Positions 8,334-16,694 of a stretch of DNA of 21,887 nt are shown piece after piece. The position numbers and the translations under genes are program-made. The stretch spans positions 1 to 21,887 of the forward strand of contig JBKHIT010000069.1 of the NCBI GenBank assembly GCA_046538485.1. The letters run 5' to 3'. The DNA comes from Candidatus Brocadiia bacterium (GTDB taxonomy: Bacteria > Planctomycetota > Brocadiia > SM23-32). Each line of letters opens with the position of its first letter. The first letter of the stretch is position 1. A model generated the notes under the pieces. It worked only from the letters and a program-made list of their open reading frames with translations, was not told the DNA's origin and did no database searches.

Positions 8334-9856
8334 ATCGTCCCCTTGGAGATTCCGATTGCCTTTTGCCACTTTTTCAACGCCGGGTATATTTCCTCGTAGC
8401 GTTCGAGCATCTTATTATAAAATGCCGCATTAACGGGATCCGGCGTGAACGTTTCTTTTTCGATAACAACCTCTTCGATAGCCTCATCGAACGACCCGTA
8501 GATACCAGCTCCAACGCCGGCACAAATGGCCATCCCCAGCGAGGCAGCTTCGTCGACCTCCATACGGACGACGGGTCGGTTATAAATATCGGCTTTTAAC
8601 TGGAGCCAAAAATCGCTCTTGGCTCCGCCACCGATAGCGCGAAATGCCTCCACTTCTACTCCTGCTTCCTCCAGAACCTTCAAATTTAGCTTCATCTCGT
8701 AAGAAATACCTTCCAGAACTGACCGGAAGAGTTCAGCGCGTGTCGTGCTGAGATCAATTCCTACGATAGCCCCCACCGGGTCTGGATCCATGTAGGGGGT
8801 CCCCGCCATTGTAAAATGGGGTTGAACGAAAATGTCAGTAGGATTCTCGCTCATCTCTTCGACGATCACATCGTAGACATCCACCCCGCGGGAAATCGCA
8901 TCCTCGTGTTCGGTATGTGCGAGCTTATCTCGGACCCATTTCAAGAGAGCCCCTCCTGTGAAATTGTAGGCCAGAGAAATATACATATCGGGATAGGCAT
9001 GAGGATAGCAAGCAAGGTTGTTATTCAACATCGTCTGGTTAACCACAGGTTCTTCCATAGCAACGGCAAAACATTCTACAGTGCCTGTAGCATCCATTGC
9101 GATTCCGGGTTCGATAACTCCACTTCCCAACGCGCCTGCAGGTTGATCGTGACTGCCGACGCAGACAACGCATCTTTCCGCAACTCCGAGTTCACCGGCT
9201 ATTTTGCCCCGGAGCATTCCAACGACCTCCCCGCTCGCTGCTGCTTCGCCAAAAAGATTAGAGTTGATATCTGCGGAACTGCAGATTTTTTCGCTATAGC
9301 GCTTTTCGTAAATATCAAAGGCCATAGTTCGCGCGGCCATCGAGTATGATATGCGCGGATTCAGTCCCATTTTCCACTGAGCGTATTCCCCGAACGTCAG
9401 GTACTTTTCCATTCTGCTGAACAGTTCTGGCTGTTTCTCCTGAATCCACATTAATTTTGCCAGGGTAAACATCTGGCTCGGAGGCTGTCCGGTGATTTTC
9501 ATGATTTCGGCGGGGTCAGCATTTTTCAGCCAGTACTGGAAAATATCAGCCGCCCGGTTATCAAAACCGATAATGCTGTTATCCAACGTCATGCCCCGAA
9601 TATCCACCGGAACAGCCGCTTCCCCCAGAACACTTATCGCGAGGGCTTTTACGGGATCATCTGCCGCTTTGTCCGTTGCTTCTTTCACCGCCTCCTTGAC
9701 ATTCTCCCAAACTTCGTCGGGATCCAGTTCAATCCAGCCGGGTTGTGGATGCTCAAGCGAATATTCCCGATACGCTGTTGCCATTAACCTACCGTACTCG
9801 TTGAAGACGTTGGCTTTGGTTCCCGTCGTGCCGATATCCAATCCCATAAGACTCAC
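8330..9856 (-). CDS. FGGY-family carbohydrate kinase (xylulokinase-like), 508 aa
   Basis: GLDIGTTGTK, GSHDQ, ATGT, LEGISYE, IGGGAKSDFWLQLKAD. GGAGG 8 nt before GTG9856; the ORF-track extension to 10222 is spurious. Confidence 0.9.
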   Translation of the reverse strand: MSLMGLDIGTTGTKANVFNEYGRLMATAYREYSLEHPQPGWIELDPDEVWENVKEAVKEATDKAADDPVKALAISVLGEAAVPVDIRGMTLDNSIIGFDNRAADIFQYWLKNADPAEIMKITGQPPSQMFTLAKLMWIQEKQPELFSRMEKYLTFGEYAQWKMGLNPRISYSMAARTMAFDIYEKRYSEKICSSADINSNLFGEAAASGEVVGMLRGKIAGELGVAERCVVCVGSHDQPAGALGSGVIEPGIAMDATGTVECFAVAMEEPVVNQTMLNNNLACYPHAYPDMYISLAYNFTGGALLKWVRDKLAHTEHEDAISRGVDVYDVIVEEMSENPTDIFVQPHFTMAGTPYMDPDPVGAIVGIDLSTTRAELFRSVLEGISYEMKLNLKVLEEAGVEVEAFRAIGGGAKSDFWLQLKADIYNRPVVRMEVDEAASLGMAICAGVGAGIYGSFDEAIEEVVIEKETFTPDPVNAAFYNKMLERYEEIYPALKKWQKAIGISKGTM

Positions 9857-9911
9857 GACGACGTCCTCCATGCTTGAGAAAAGCCTCCTCCGCGGAACAC
9901 ACACTACTTTG

Positions 9912-9940
9912 AGATTAGCACGGGCCCCCCGGCTTTTCAA
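9912..9940 (-). promoter_or_regulatory. sigma70 promoter with extended -10 for the kinase-pyrC operon
   Basis: Minus strand TTGAAA(9940-9935)-N17-TAATCT(9917-9912), with TGc immediately before the -10. Confidence 0.55.
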
Positions 9941-9990
9941 GTCGCCTGCTCCCGGTGTGGTCAAACTCAATTTGCTGGCCACCTGGATAT

Positions 9991-10019
9991 TTGCAAAATC
10001 CCGCCCTCTTACGTATAGT
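9991..10019 (+). promoter_or_regulatory. sigma70 promoter for ribH-nusB cluster (divergent from the kinase promoter)
   Basis: TTGCAA(9991-9996)-N17-TATAGT(10014-10019). Confidence 0.6.
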
Positions 10020-10136
10020 ATTAAAGCTTTGCCGCCGGTAACGCTGGAGTGGAACTGTCCTTGATTAGACCACGAAAGTATAAAAGAAAGGTCTTTTGCG
10101 CGTTCCCAACCCAATTTGAGACAGAGGAAAGTAAAA

Positions 10137-10622
10137 ATGCCAGATATAGAGACTACACAGGGCCATCTGAATGCCGAAGGGAAACGATTTGCGATTGTAG
10201 CATCGAGATACAACGAGATCATCTCGAGCCGCCTGATCAGCGGGGCGCAAGATTGCCTTTTGCGTCACGGCGCTCAGGCCGTTGATCTCCACCTTTACCG
10301 GGTTCCAGGGTCCTTCGAAATTCCCCTTGTTGCCCGCAAAATCGCTGACGGCGGGGATTTTGACGCTGTTATCTGCCTGGGCACGATCGTTCGTGGCGAG
10401 ACACCACATTTCGATTTCGTCGCTTCCGAAGCGGCCCGAGGGGTCGGACGGGCCGGGTCCGAATCGGGCGTCCCCGTCATATTTGGTATCGTAACAACCG
10501 ATACAATGGATCAGGCCGTTGACCGGGCCGGCGGCCGAACGGGCAATCGGGGTGCCGAAGCGGCGCTGACTGCAATCGAAATGGCCAATCTTGTGGATAC
10601 GATCGAAACATCCGACGAATGA
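10137..10622 (+). CDS. ribH: 6,7-dimethyl-8-ribityllumazine synthase
   Basis: VPGSFEIP, CLGTIVRGETPHFDFV, PVIFGIVT; GAGGA before ATG10137. Confidence 0.96.
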   Translation: MPDIETTQGHLNAEGKRFAIVASRYNEIISSRLISGAQDCLLRHGAQAVDLHLYRVPGSFEIPLVARKIADGGDFDAVICLGTIVRGETPHFDFVASEAARGVGRAGSESGVPVIFGIVTTDTMDQAVDRAGGRTGNRGAEAALTAIEMANLVDTIETSDE

Positions 10623-10742
10623 GATCGGTGCTTGAATGGCACAAACAACCTGTGCACAGTACTCGGTTAAGCCTCGATCCAATGTTTCAAAAGAGTATTT
10701 CGCCCGAACGGCAAATCGTCAAATTATAGTTAGAGAAACACC

Positions 10743-12080
10743 GTGAATAAGAAAAGTGACGCCAGAGAGTTCGCTCTAACTCGTTTGTACCAGAGGGATA
10801 TCCTGGGCCAGGAAGAATTGGATAAGATCAACGAAGTCGAGAGATCGTCCAAAGCTCCGCCCAGTACTCCCTATGGCCGGGATCTAGCGGGCGGTTGCAT
10901 CAGTGAACAGGAAGAGCTCGATATTATTATCCAGGAAACAGCTGAAAATTGGCGTCTCGATCGCATGCCAGCCATCGATCGGAACATCCTCCGTGTGGCA
11001 ACATACGAACTTCTGCGCAAACCAGAAACTCCCCCCAGAGTTGTTATCAACGAAGCCATTGAAATGGCTAAAAAATACAGCACAGAAAACTCAGCCATGT
11101 TCGTTAACGGCGTGTTGGACAAAATATTCACAGATTATGTCCAGGAACAGGAGGAGCAAAACGGCGCATCCGACTCCATAGCGCTTTCCACATGTGAGAA
11201 TATGGAACCGGACCCTATGCAAAAAGCCGATCTTCACCTCCACACAAAAGCATCAGATGGTACCTGTGAACCTTCCCGAGTTGTTGAACTTGCCGTTCAA
11301 GCTGGTCTCAAAGCCATCGCGGTAACCGACCACGATACGGTAAACGGTGTCGAAACTGCTGCTAAAGCGGGCCAAGAGGCCGGCATCCATGTCATTCCGG
11401 CCCTGGAATTGACCGCATACGGGGAAATTGGCGCTGACAAACAATTTCATGAACTCCATATTCTCGGCTATTTCCTGGATCCCACAGATTCAGAATTGCT
11501 GGATGAGCTTCAACGGCTCAGAGAGATTCGCATACAAAGAATTCGTCAGATGGGAGAAGTGCTCCGGAATATGGGACTGCCGGTTGAGCTCGAAAACATT
11601 TTGGAAAATGAAAGCGGTGAAGCACTGGGACGAATGCATGTCGCCCGGGAAATGGTCAAACAAGGAGTCTGCCAAAACATAAAAGAAGCCTTCGATGATT
11701 ACATTGGCACCGGCAAACCTGGATACGTACCAAAAGAACACCTGACACCACCCGAAGTTATCAAAATCATCCACCAGGCCGGGGGATGTGCGGTTCTCGC
11801 GCACCCCGGTTTTGATGAACATATCCCCGGAATGCTCACAGACCTTATCGATGCTGGGCTTGACGGGTTAGAAGTCCATTACCCCGGTTATTCCGCCGAT
11901 CAGGTAGCGTTCTGGCTCGATCAGGCGCGTGAAAATAATCTCCTTGTGACCGGAGGAAGTGATTTTCACGGAAAGGCAAAAGCTGGCGTTGAAATCGGCC
12001 AGGAATCGGTCTCAATGGTGGAAGTCTGTAAATTGCGTGATCGTTCTCACCTCGGCAACAAAGCCATAAGCCCAACCTGA
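10743..12080 (+). CDS. nusB: transcription antitermination factor NusB fused to a PHP-family phosphoesterase (YciV/TrpH-like)
   Basis: aa 1-130 NusB (AREFAL, NWRLDRMPAIDRNILR, VVINEAIEMAKKY, FVNGVLD); aa ~161-435 PHP (DLHLHT..SDG, AVTDHDT, ELHILGY, GRMHVA, LAHP, TGGSDFHG); one uninterrupted frame. Confidence 0.92.
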   Translation: MNKKSDAREFALTRLYQRDILGQEELDKINEVERSSKAPPSTPYGRDLAGGCISEQEELDIIIQETAENWRLDRMPAIDRNILRVATYELLRKPETPPRVVINEAIEMAKKYSTENSAMFVNGVLDKIFTDYVQEQEEQNGASDSIALSTCENMEPDPMQKADLHLHTKASDGTCEPSRVVELAVQAGLKAIAVTDHDTVNGVETAAKAGQEAGIHVIPALELTAYGEIGADKQFHELHILGYFLDPTDSELLDELQRLREIRIQRIRQMGEVLRNMGLPVELENILENESGEALGRMHVAREMVKQGVCQNIKEAFDDYIGTGKPGYVPKEHLTPPEVIKIIHQAGGCAVLAHPGFDEHIPGMLTDLIDAGLDGLEVHYPGYSADQVAFWLDQARENNLLVTGGSDFHGKAKAGVEIGQESVSMVEVCKLRDRSHLGNKAISPT

Positions 12081-12148
12081 TTCTGGATCCAGTGGCCATC
12101 TGAAACTTTTCCTTCAATTATTTTGAATAGCCAGGAGCCAACTCGATC

Positions 12149-13132
12149 GTGAAATCGTTCGGAAAGGATAATAAAGAATCGCCTGAAATCGAGGAACAAA
12201 AGGAGTCAACTCAGGATGCCAAAAAGGGGTTCTTCGGTAAACTGAAATCAGGGTTGAAAAAAACTCACTGCAAAATCGCAAGTGGCCTCCGCAGTGTTAT
12301 TCCTATTGGCGGCAAACTCGACGAACAGCTACTCGATGATATCGAAGAACAATTGCTCGTGGGTGATGTCGGGCCCAGGGCAGCAATCCGCCTTTGTGAC
12401 CGCCTCCGGGAAGCCCACCAAAAAGGGGAACTCGAAGACACAGACGCGGTCCTGCCTTTCCTCAAAAACACAATCAAAGAGGACCTCCATCAGTGGGATT
12501 CCGCCTTGCACCTGCCGGAAGGGGAAACCGGTATAATCCTGGTGTCCGGTGTGAATGGATCCGGCAAAACCACAAGCATCGGCAAATTGGCACACCGCTT
12601 CCGCAACCAGGGGAAGAGTGTTCTGCTCGCCGCCAGTGATACTTTTCGCGCCGCAGCCGTCGAACAACTCTCCATATGGGCAGAGTGGACCGATTCGGAT
12701 ATCGTAAAAAACGAATGCGCCGACCCCGCAGCCGTGGCGTTTGATGCCACCGATAAAGCGCTCTCAAACGATTACGATGTGCTCATTGTGGATACGGCCG
12801 GGCGAGTCCACACACGCAAAAATCTCATGACAGAACTGCAAAAAATCCAGCGCGTCATAGGCAAAAAGGTCACCGGAGCCCCTCACGAAACCCTCATGGT
12901 TCTGGATGCAAACACCGGTCAAAATGGCATAAGTCAGGCGCTAAGATTCAATGAAGCACTCGAGCTGACGGGTATTATCCTCGCCAAACTCGACGGCACA
13001 GCAAAAGGGGGTATCGTTATTGGTATGCAGGATGAAATTAACCTGCCCGTAAAGTTCGTCGGTGTCGGCCAACAAGCAGAAGATCTCGCTCCGTTCGACC
13101 CCGACACCTTCATCGATGCGCTCTTCGAATGA
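12149..13132 (+). CDS. ftsY: signal recognition particle receptor FtsY
   Basis: GVNGSGKTT, DTFRAAAVEQL, DTAGR, KLDGTAKGG. Confidence 0.96.
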   Translation: MKSFGKDNKESPEIEEQKESTQDAKKGFFGKLKSGLKKTHCKIASGLRSVIPIGGKLDEQLLDDIEEQLLVGDVGPRAAIRLCDRLREAHQKGELEDTDAVLPFLKNTIKEDLHQWDSALHLPEGETGIILVSGVNGSGKTTSIGKLAHRFRNQGKSVLLAASDTFRAAAVEQLSIWAEWTDSDIVKNECADPAAVAFDATDKALSNDYDVLIVDTAGRVHTRKNLMTELQKIQRVIGKKVTGAPHETLMVLDANTGQNGISQALRFNEALELTGIILAKLDGTAKGGIVIGMQDEINLPVKFVGVGQQAEDLAPFDPDTFIDALFE

Positions 13133-13165
13133 CTCTCCAAACCTTAGCCACAAGCAAATATAATA

Positions 13166-14371
13166 ATGGATAAGCTAACTTTTCAACAGATCAAAAAGAC
13201 GTTCGACCACTACGTAATTCCAAACTACTCCCGAAACGACGTCGCGTATGTCCGGGCAGAAGGTTCGTATATTTGGGATAGCGAAGGTAACCGCCATGTC
13301 GACCTGATGCCCGGCTGGGGCACAACAACTGTCGGTTATTGTCACCCCCGAATCGTCAGCTCTATACAGAGACAGGCCGCGCGACTTATTCATGTCGATA
13401 ATACCTTTTACAACATCCCCCAGGGACTATTGGCTGAAAGAATCAGCGAGCATTCCTTCGGCGGACAATGTTTTTTCTGCAACAGCGGAACAGAAGCCGT
13501 AGAAGGTGCTATGAAACTTGCCAGGCTATGGGGCGAGGAAAAAGGCCGATACAAAATCATCACCATGCGTGACTCTTTTCACGGCAGGACGTTTGGCTCC
13601 ATAACTGCCACTGGTCAGGACAAGTATCACAAAGGTTATCTGCCGCTGCTGCCAGGCTTTATACATGTCCCCTTCAACGATTTCGATGCGCTCAGTAATG
13701 CTGTCGACGAGGAAACCTGCGCCGTACTGATGGAACCAGTTCAGGGCGAAGGTGGCATCAACATAGCCGACACGGACTATTTAGAAAACGTTCGCGATCT
13801 TTGCGACAGCGAAAATATACTTCTCATATTCGACGAAGTACAAACCGGTATCGGGCGAACGGGAAAATGGTTTGGGTATCAAAACTTTAACCTCGAACCC
13901 GATATCATTACCCTGGCTAAAGCCCTGGGAGGCGGTTTTCCTATCGGCGCTTTTGCTGCAAAACCGGAAATTGCAGATCATCTCGTTCCCGGCACACACG
14001 CCTCAACGTTCGGCGGGAATCCCCTCGGCTGCGCCGCTGCAATCGCCGTCTTCGATTTGATCGAAGAAGAAAACCTTCTGGAGCAGGGTCTCAAAACGTC
14101 TGCCTACGTTCTCGGGCGATTGGAACAAATTGCCCGGGAATGTCCAATAGTCGAAGAGGTAAGAGGGATCGGCTTGATGATTGGTGTCGAGCTGGATCGG
14201 CCGGGCAAAGCTATATTTGAATATTGCCTGGACCGGTTCGTGAGAATAAATTGCACCCACGATACGGTTCTCAGAATGTTGCCCGCTCTGAACATCGGGC
14301 GTGCCGAGCTTGATGAAGGTCTACAGGTGCTTGAAGAAGCGATCCGGAAAGCCGACAAACAAAACATTTGA
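13166..14371 (+). CDS. argD: acetylornithine aminotransferase (class III PLP)
   Basis: FFCNSGTEAVE, SFHGRT, EPVQGEGG, DEVQTGIGRTG, LAKALGGG, HASTFGGNP; adjacent to argF. Confidence 0.92.
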   Translation: MDKLTFQQIKKTFDHYVIPNYSRNDVAYVRAEGSYIWDSEGNRHVDLMPGWGTTTVGYCHPRIVSSIQRQAARLIHVDNTFYNIPQGLLAERISEHSFGGQCFFCNSGTEAVEGAMKLARLWGEEKGRYKIITMRDSFHGRTFGSITATGQDKYHKGYLPLLPGFIHVPFNDFDALSNAVDEETCAVLMEPVQGEGGINIADTDYLENVRDLCDSENILLIFDEVQTGIGRTGKWFGYQNFNLEPDIITLAKALGGGFPIGAFAAKPEIADHLVPGTHASTFGGNPLGCAAAIAVFDLIEEENLLEQGLKTSAYVLGRLEQIARECPIVEEVRGIGLMIGVELDRPGKAIFEYCLDRFVRINCTHDTVLRMLPALNIGRAELDEGLQVLEEAIRKADKQNI

Positions 14372-14389
14372 GTATCGAAAGATCATACC

Positions 14390-15313
14390 ATGCAAGAAAA
14401 TCACCTTGTATCTCTGCACAATTGGCCAGCGGACGACATTCAAACTGTCCTCAAACATGCTCAATCCCTGAAAACACATGCACAGGAGGGTTCACTCGAA
14501 CTCTCTTTGAAGAACAAGACCCTGGCCCTGTTATTCGAAAAAGCATCTATGCGTACTCGCGTATCCTTCGAAGTCGCCATGATACAGCTCGGGGGCGCTT
14601 CAGTTTACCTGAGTAAAAGCGATGTAAATCTTGGCAAACGCGAACCTGTCAAGGACGGCGCGCGCGTCCTTTCGCGGTATGTGAATTGCATTGCCGCCCG
14701 GGTATTTTCCCATTCCACCATCGAGGAGCTGGCCGAATACTCCGACATCCCGGTCATTAACGCCCTCAGCGATGATACACATCCCTGCCAGGCTCTGGCG
14801 GATGTCATGACCATTAGAGAAGAGTTCCCGGATCGAGACGACATCTCCCTGGCTTATGTTGGCGATGCCAATAACGTGGCACGATCATTGGGATTCGCCT
14901 GCGCGAAACTGGGAATCAATTACCGTATAGCAGCGCCTGAGGGATACGAGTTCGACGCGGAATCAGCCGAGGCGATATCCACTCTTGCCACCGAAGGTGA
15001 GAGCGATTTTGAAATGACGAATTCCCCCGAAGACGCGGTAGCGAACGCGGATGTGCTGTATGCGGACACGTGGATTAGCATGGGCCAGGAAGAAGAATCC
15101 GCCCAGCGGCTGAAAGATTTCCAGGGCTACGGAATCAACAAAGATCTCTGCAATCTGGCCGCTGCCAATCATATCGTCTTGCACTGTCTGCCGGCATACC
15201 GCGGTAACGAGATTACCGATTCAGTTATTGAAGGACCTGCGTCACGGGTCTTTGACCAGGCTGAGAACCGCCTTCATGCCCAGCGCGCGCTTCTGGACCT
15301 GCTTGTGAATTGA
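14390..15313 (+). CDS. argF: ornithine carbamoyltransferase
   Basis: SMRTRVSF, HPCQALAD, DTWISMGQE, HCLPAYRG, QAENRLH. Confidence 0.95.
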   Translation: MQENHLVSLHNWPADDIQTVLKHAQSLKTHAQEGSLELSLKNKTLALLFEKASMRTRVSFEVAMIQLGGASVYLSKSDVNLGKREPVKDGARVLSRYVNCIAARVFSHSTIEELAEYSDIPVINALSDDTHPCQALADVMTIREEFPDRDDISLAYVGDANNVARSLGFACAKLGINYRIAAPEGYEFDAESAEAISTLATEGESDFEMTNSPEDAVANADVLYADTWISMGQEEESAQRLKDFQGYGINKDLCNLAAANHIVLHCLPAYRGNEITDSVIEGPASRVFDQAENRLHAQRALLDLLVN

Positions 15314-15342
15314 CAAACGGAACCTCTTTTGAAGTTTTCCCA

Positions 15343-15371
15343 TTGACGTGCTGGCAAAAATTGGCTATAGT
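15343..15371 (+). promoter_or_regulatory. sigma70 promoter for tRNA-fMet
   Basis: TTGACG(15343-15348)-N17-TATAGT(15366-15371). Confidence 0.7.
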
Positions 15372-15479
15372 ACATCATGGCAGACATGGGGTGCGATTCC
15401 TGTTAATACAATGCGAATCGACCCTCCTGTCGCTCTGCAGTGGTCAATGTGCTTCTGCAGGAGTGAAATCAAAGCCCAT

Positions 15480-15704
<225 letters not shown>

Positions 15705-16105
15705 GCTGGTGAATTTTTTGTTTTCGCGTCGGTCATTAACCCGTGGTTTCTCTACCGTGACCGGGCCGAGGCCCGATTGGATCGCCCGCTCGGGCTGATG
15801 GCCGTTTCTAACCACCAGGCGATGGCCCGTCTGCGGATCGCGCAGATCCTTGTGGCTTTCAATGTAGTCGGCCACCTCTGCTTCCACAGCCAATTGGAGC
15901 ATCTTTTGGGCACCCTCTCGCAGAATCAGATCGAGCGCATCGCGAGATTCCTCTTCCACTCGCTTTTCCAGATCAACTACCTTATCATTACCTGACATGA
16001 GCGTATCCTTTCTATGCCCTCTTTCGAGGGGTTTTCGTTTTAAAAAAAAACTACTTAGACAGGATACGCTCTTTTTATCTCATCCACAACATTCGACAAT
16101 ACCTC
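15705..16105 (-). mobile_element. truncated IS256-family (Mutator) insertion sequence: left end plus first 98 codons of transposase (ATG at 15998)
   Basis: LREGAQKMLQLAVEAEV..., RLVVRNGHQPERAIQSGLGPVTVEKPRVNDR..FTS is an IS256 transposase N-terminus. Putative terminus GAGGTATTGTCGAATGTTGTGGATG (16105-16081); 11-bp inverted repeat GAGCGTATCCT (15999-16009/16061-16071) over the RBS. No DDE core or right end. Confidence 0.85.
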
Positions 16106-16636
16106 CGCCGAATGGTCGGCAGATTCCACTATCTTTTTAAGCTCTTTGGCTAAATCTTCTGTAAGCTTATGTCTCGCCGCTTCCCATAGCAGAAGTTTCT
16201 TTTCTTTTCCTGTGGCAGCACGCCATCCTTCCAACTTGCCCATTAATTGATCTGTTGTCATATGTGGTTCAATCCTTCCGGCCCATCGTGTCCTGACCTG
16301 ACGCCTTTCAGAACTCATAACAAAAGGACAAGCAATTATAAGAACTAAGATCCCGTGCCAGGCCCAAAAGGATATCCACAATTCGAATCTACGCCACATA
16401 AAAACGCTCCCTGCGCCACAAAGGCAGTTTTTTAATGCTTTCGTACAACAACCCCTCGTTCCAACACACCCAAGCGTTCGTTCCGCCCTATGCATGGTCC
16501 ATTCCCCACACTGCCCCATTGTATCAGCAATCACATCTCCAGAAGGACCGTGAAACCAATCGGGAGTCTGAACTTTCAGCCTGTAAAGCCCCTCTGGATC
16601 TACAAAAACGCTGGGGTTGAGGCCAGCCATAAAATA
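16106..16636 (-). pseudogene. remnant of an Rhs core end + C-terminal (toxin) region fused to a possible immunity-like membrane gene, cut by the IS
   Basis: YFMAGLNPSVFVDPEGL matches the Rhs PxxxxDPxGL boundary; Cys-rich segment follows; internal GGGAG-N7-ATG(16399) starts a TM-containing segment that ends at the IS terminus. Confidence 0.55.
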
Positions 16637-16655
16637 CCCGCCGCCGGCCGGTATT
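16631..16655 (-). terminator. possible intrinsic terminator of the lipoprotein gene
   Basis: Minus strand AATACCgGCC-ggc-GGCgGGTATT followed by TT, 40 nt after the 16695 stop. Confidence 0.4.
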
Positions 16656-16694
16656 GGCGTCGATTCGGGTCGTCTTTATCCGGCAAACTGCATT

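Noticed and set aside
10020..10136. FMN riboswitch in the ribH leader
   Set aside because: No RFN consensus blocks (e.g. AGGGCGGGGTGAAATTCCC, CCGGCGGT) are visible.
9857..10222. 122-aa N-terminal extension of the FGGY kinase in the ORF track
   Set aside because: It overlaps ribH and both divergent promoters; the kinase fold starts at SLMGLDIGTT with GGAGG before GTG9856.
14390..15313. argF as N-acetyl/succinyl-ornithine transcarbamylase because of SMRT instead of STRT
   Set aside because: The DxxxSMG ornithine-binding loop and HCLPAYRG are canonical OTCase features.
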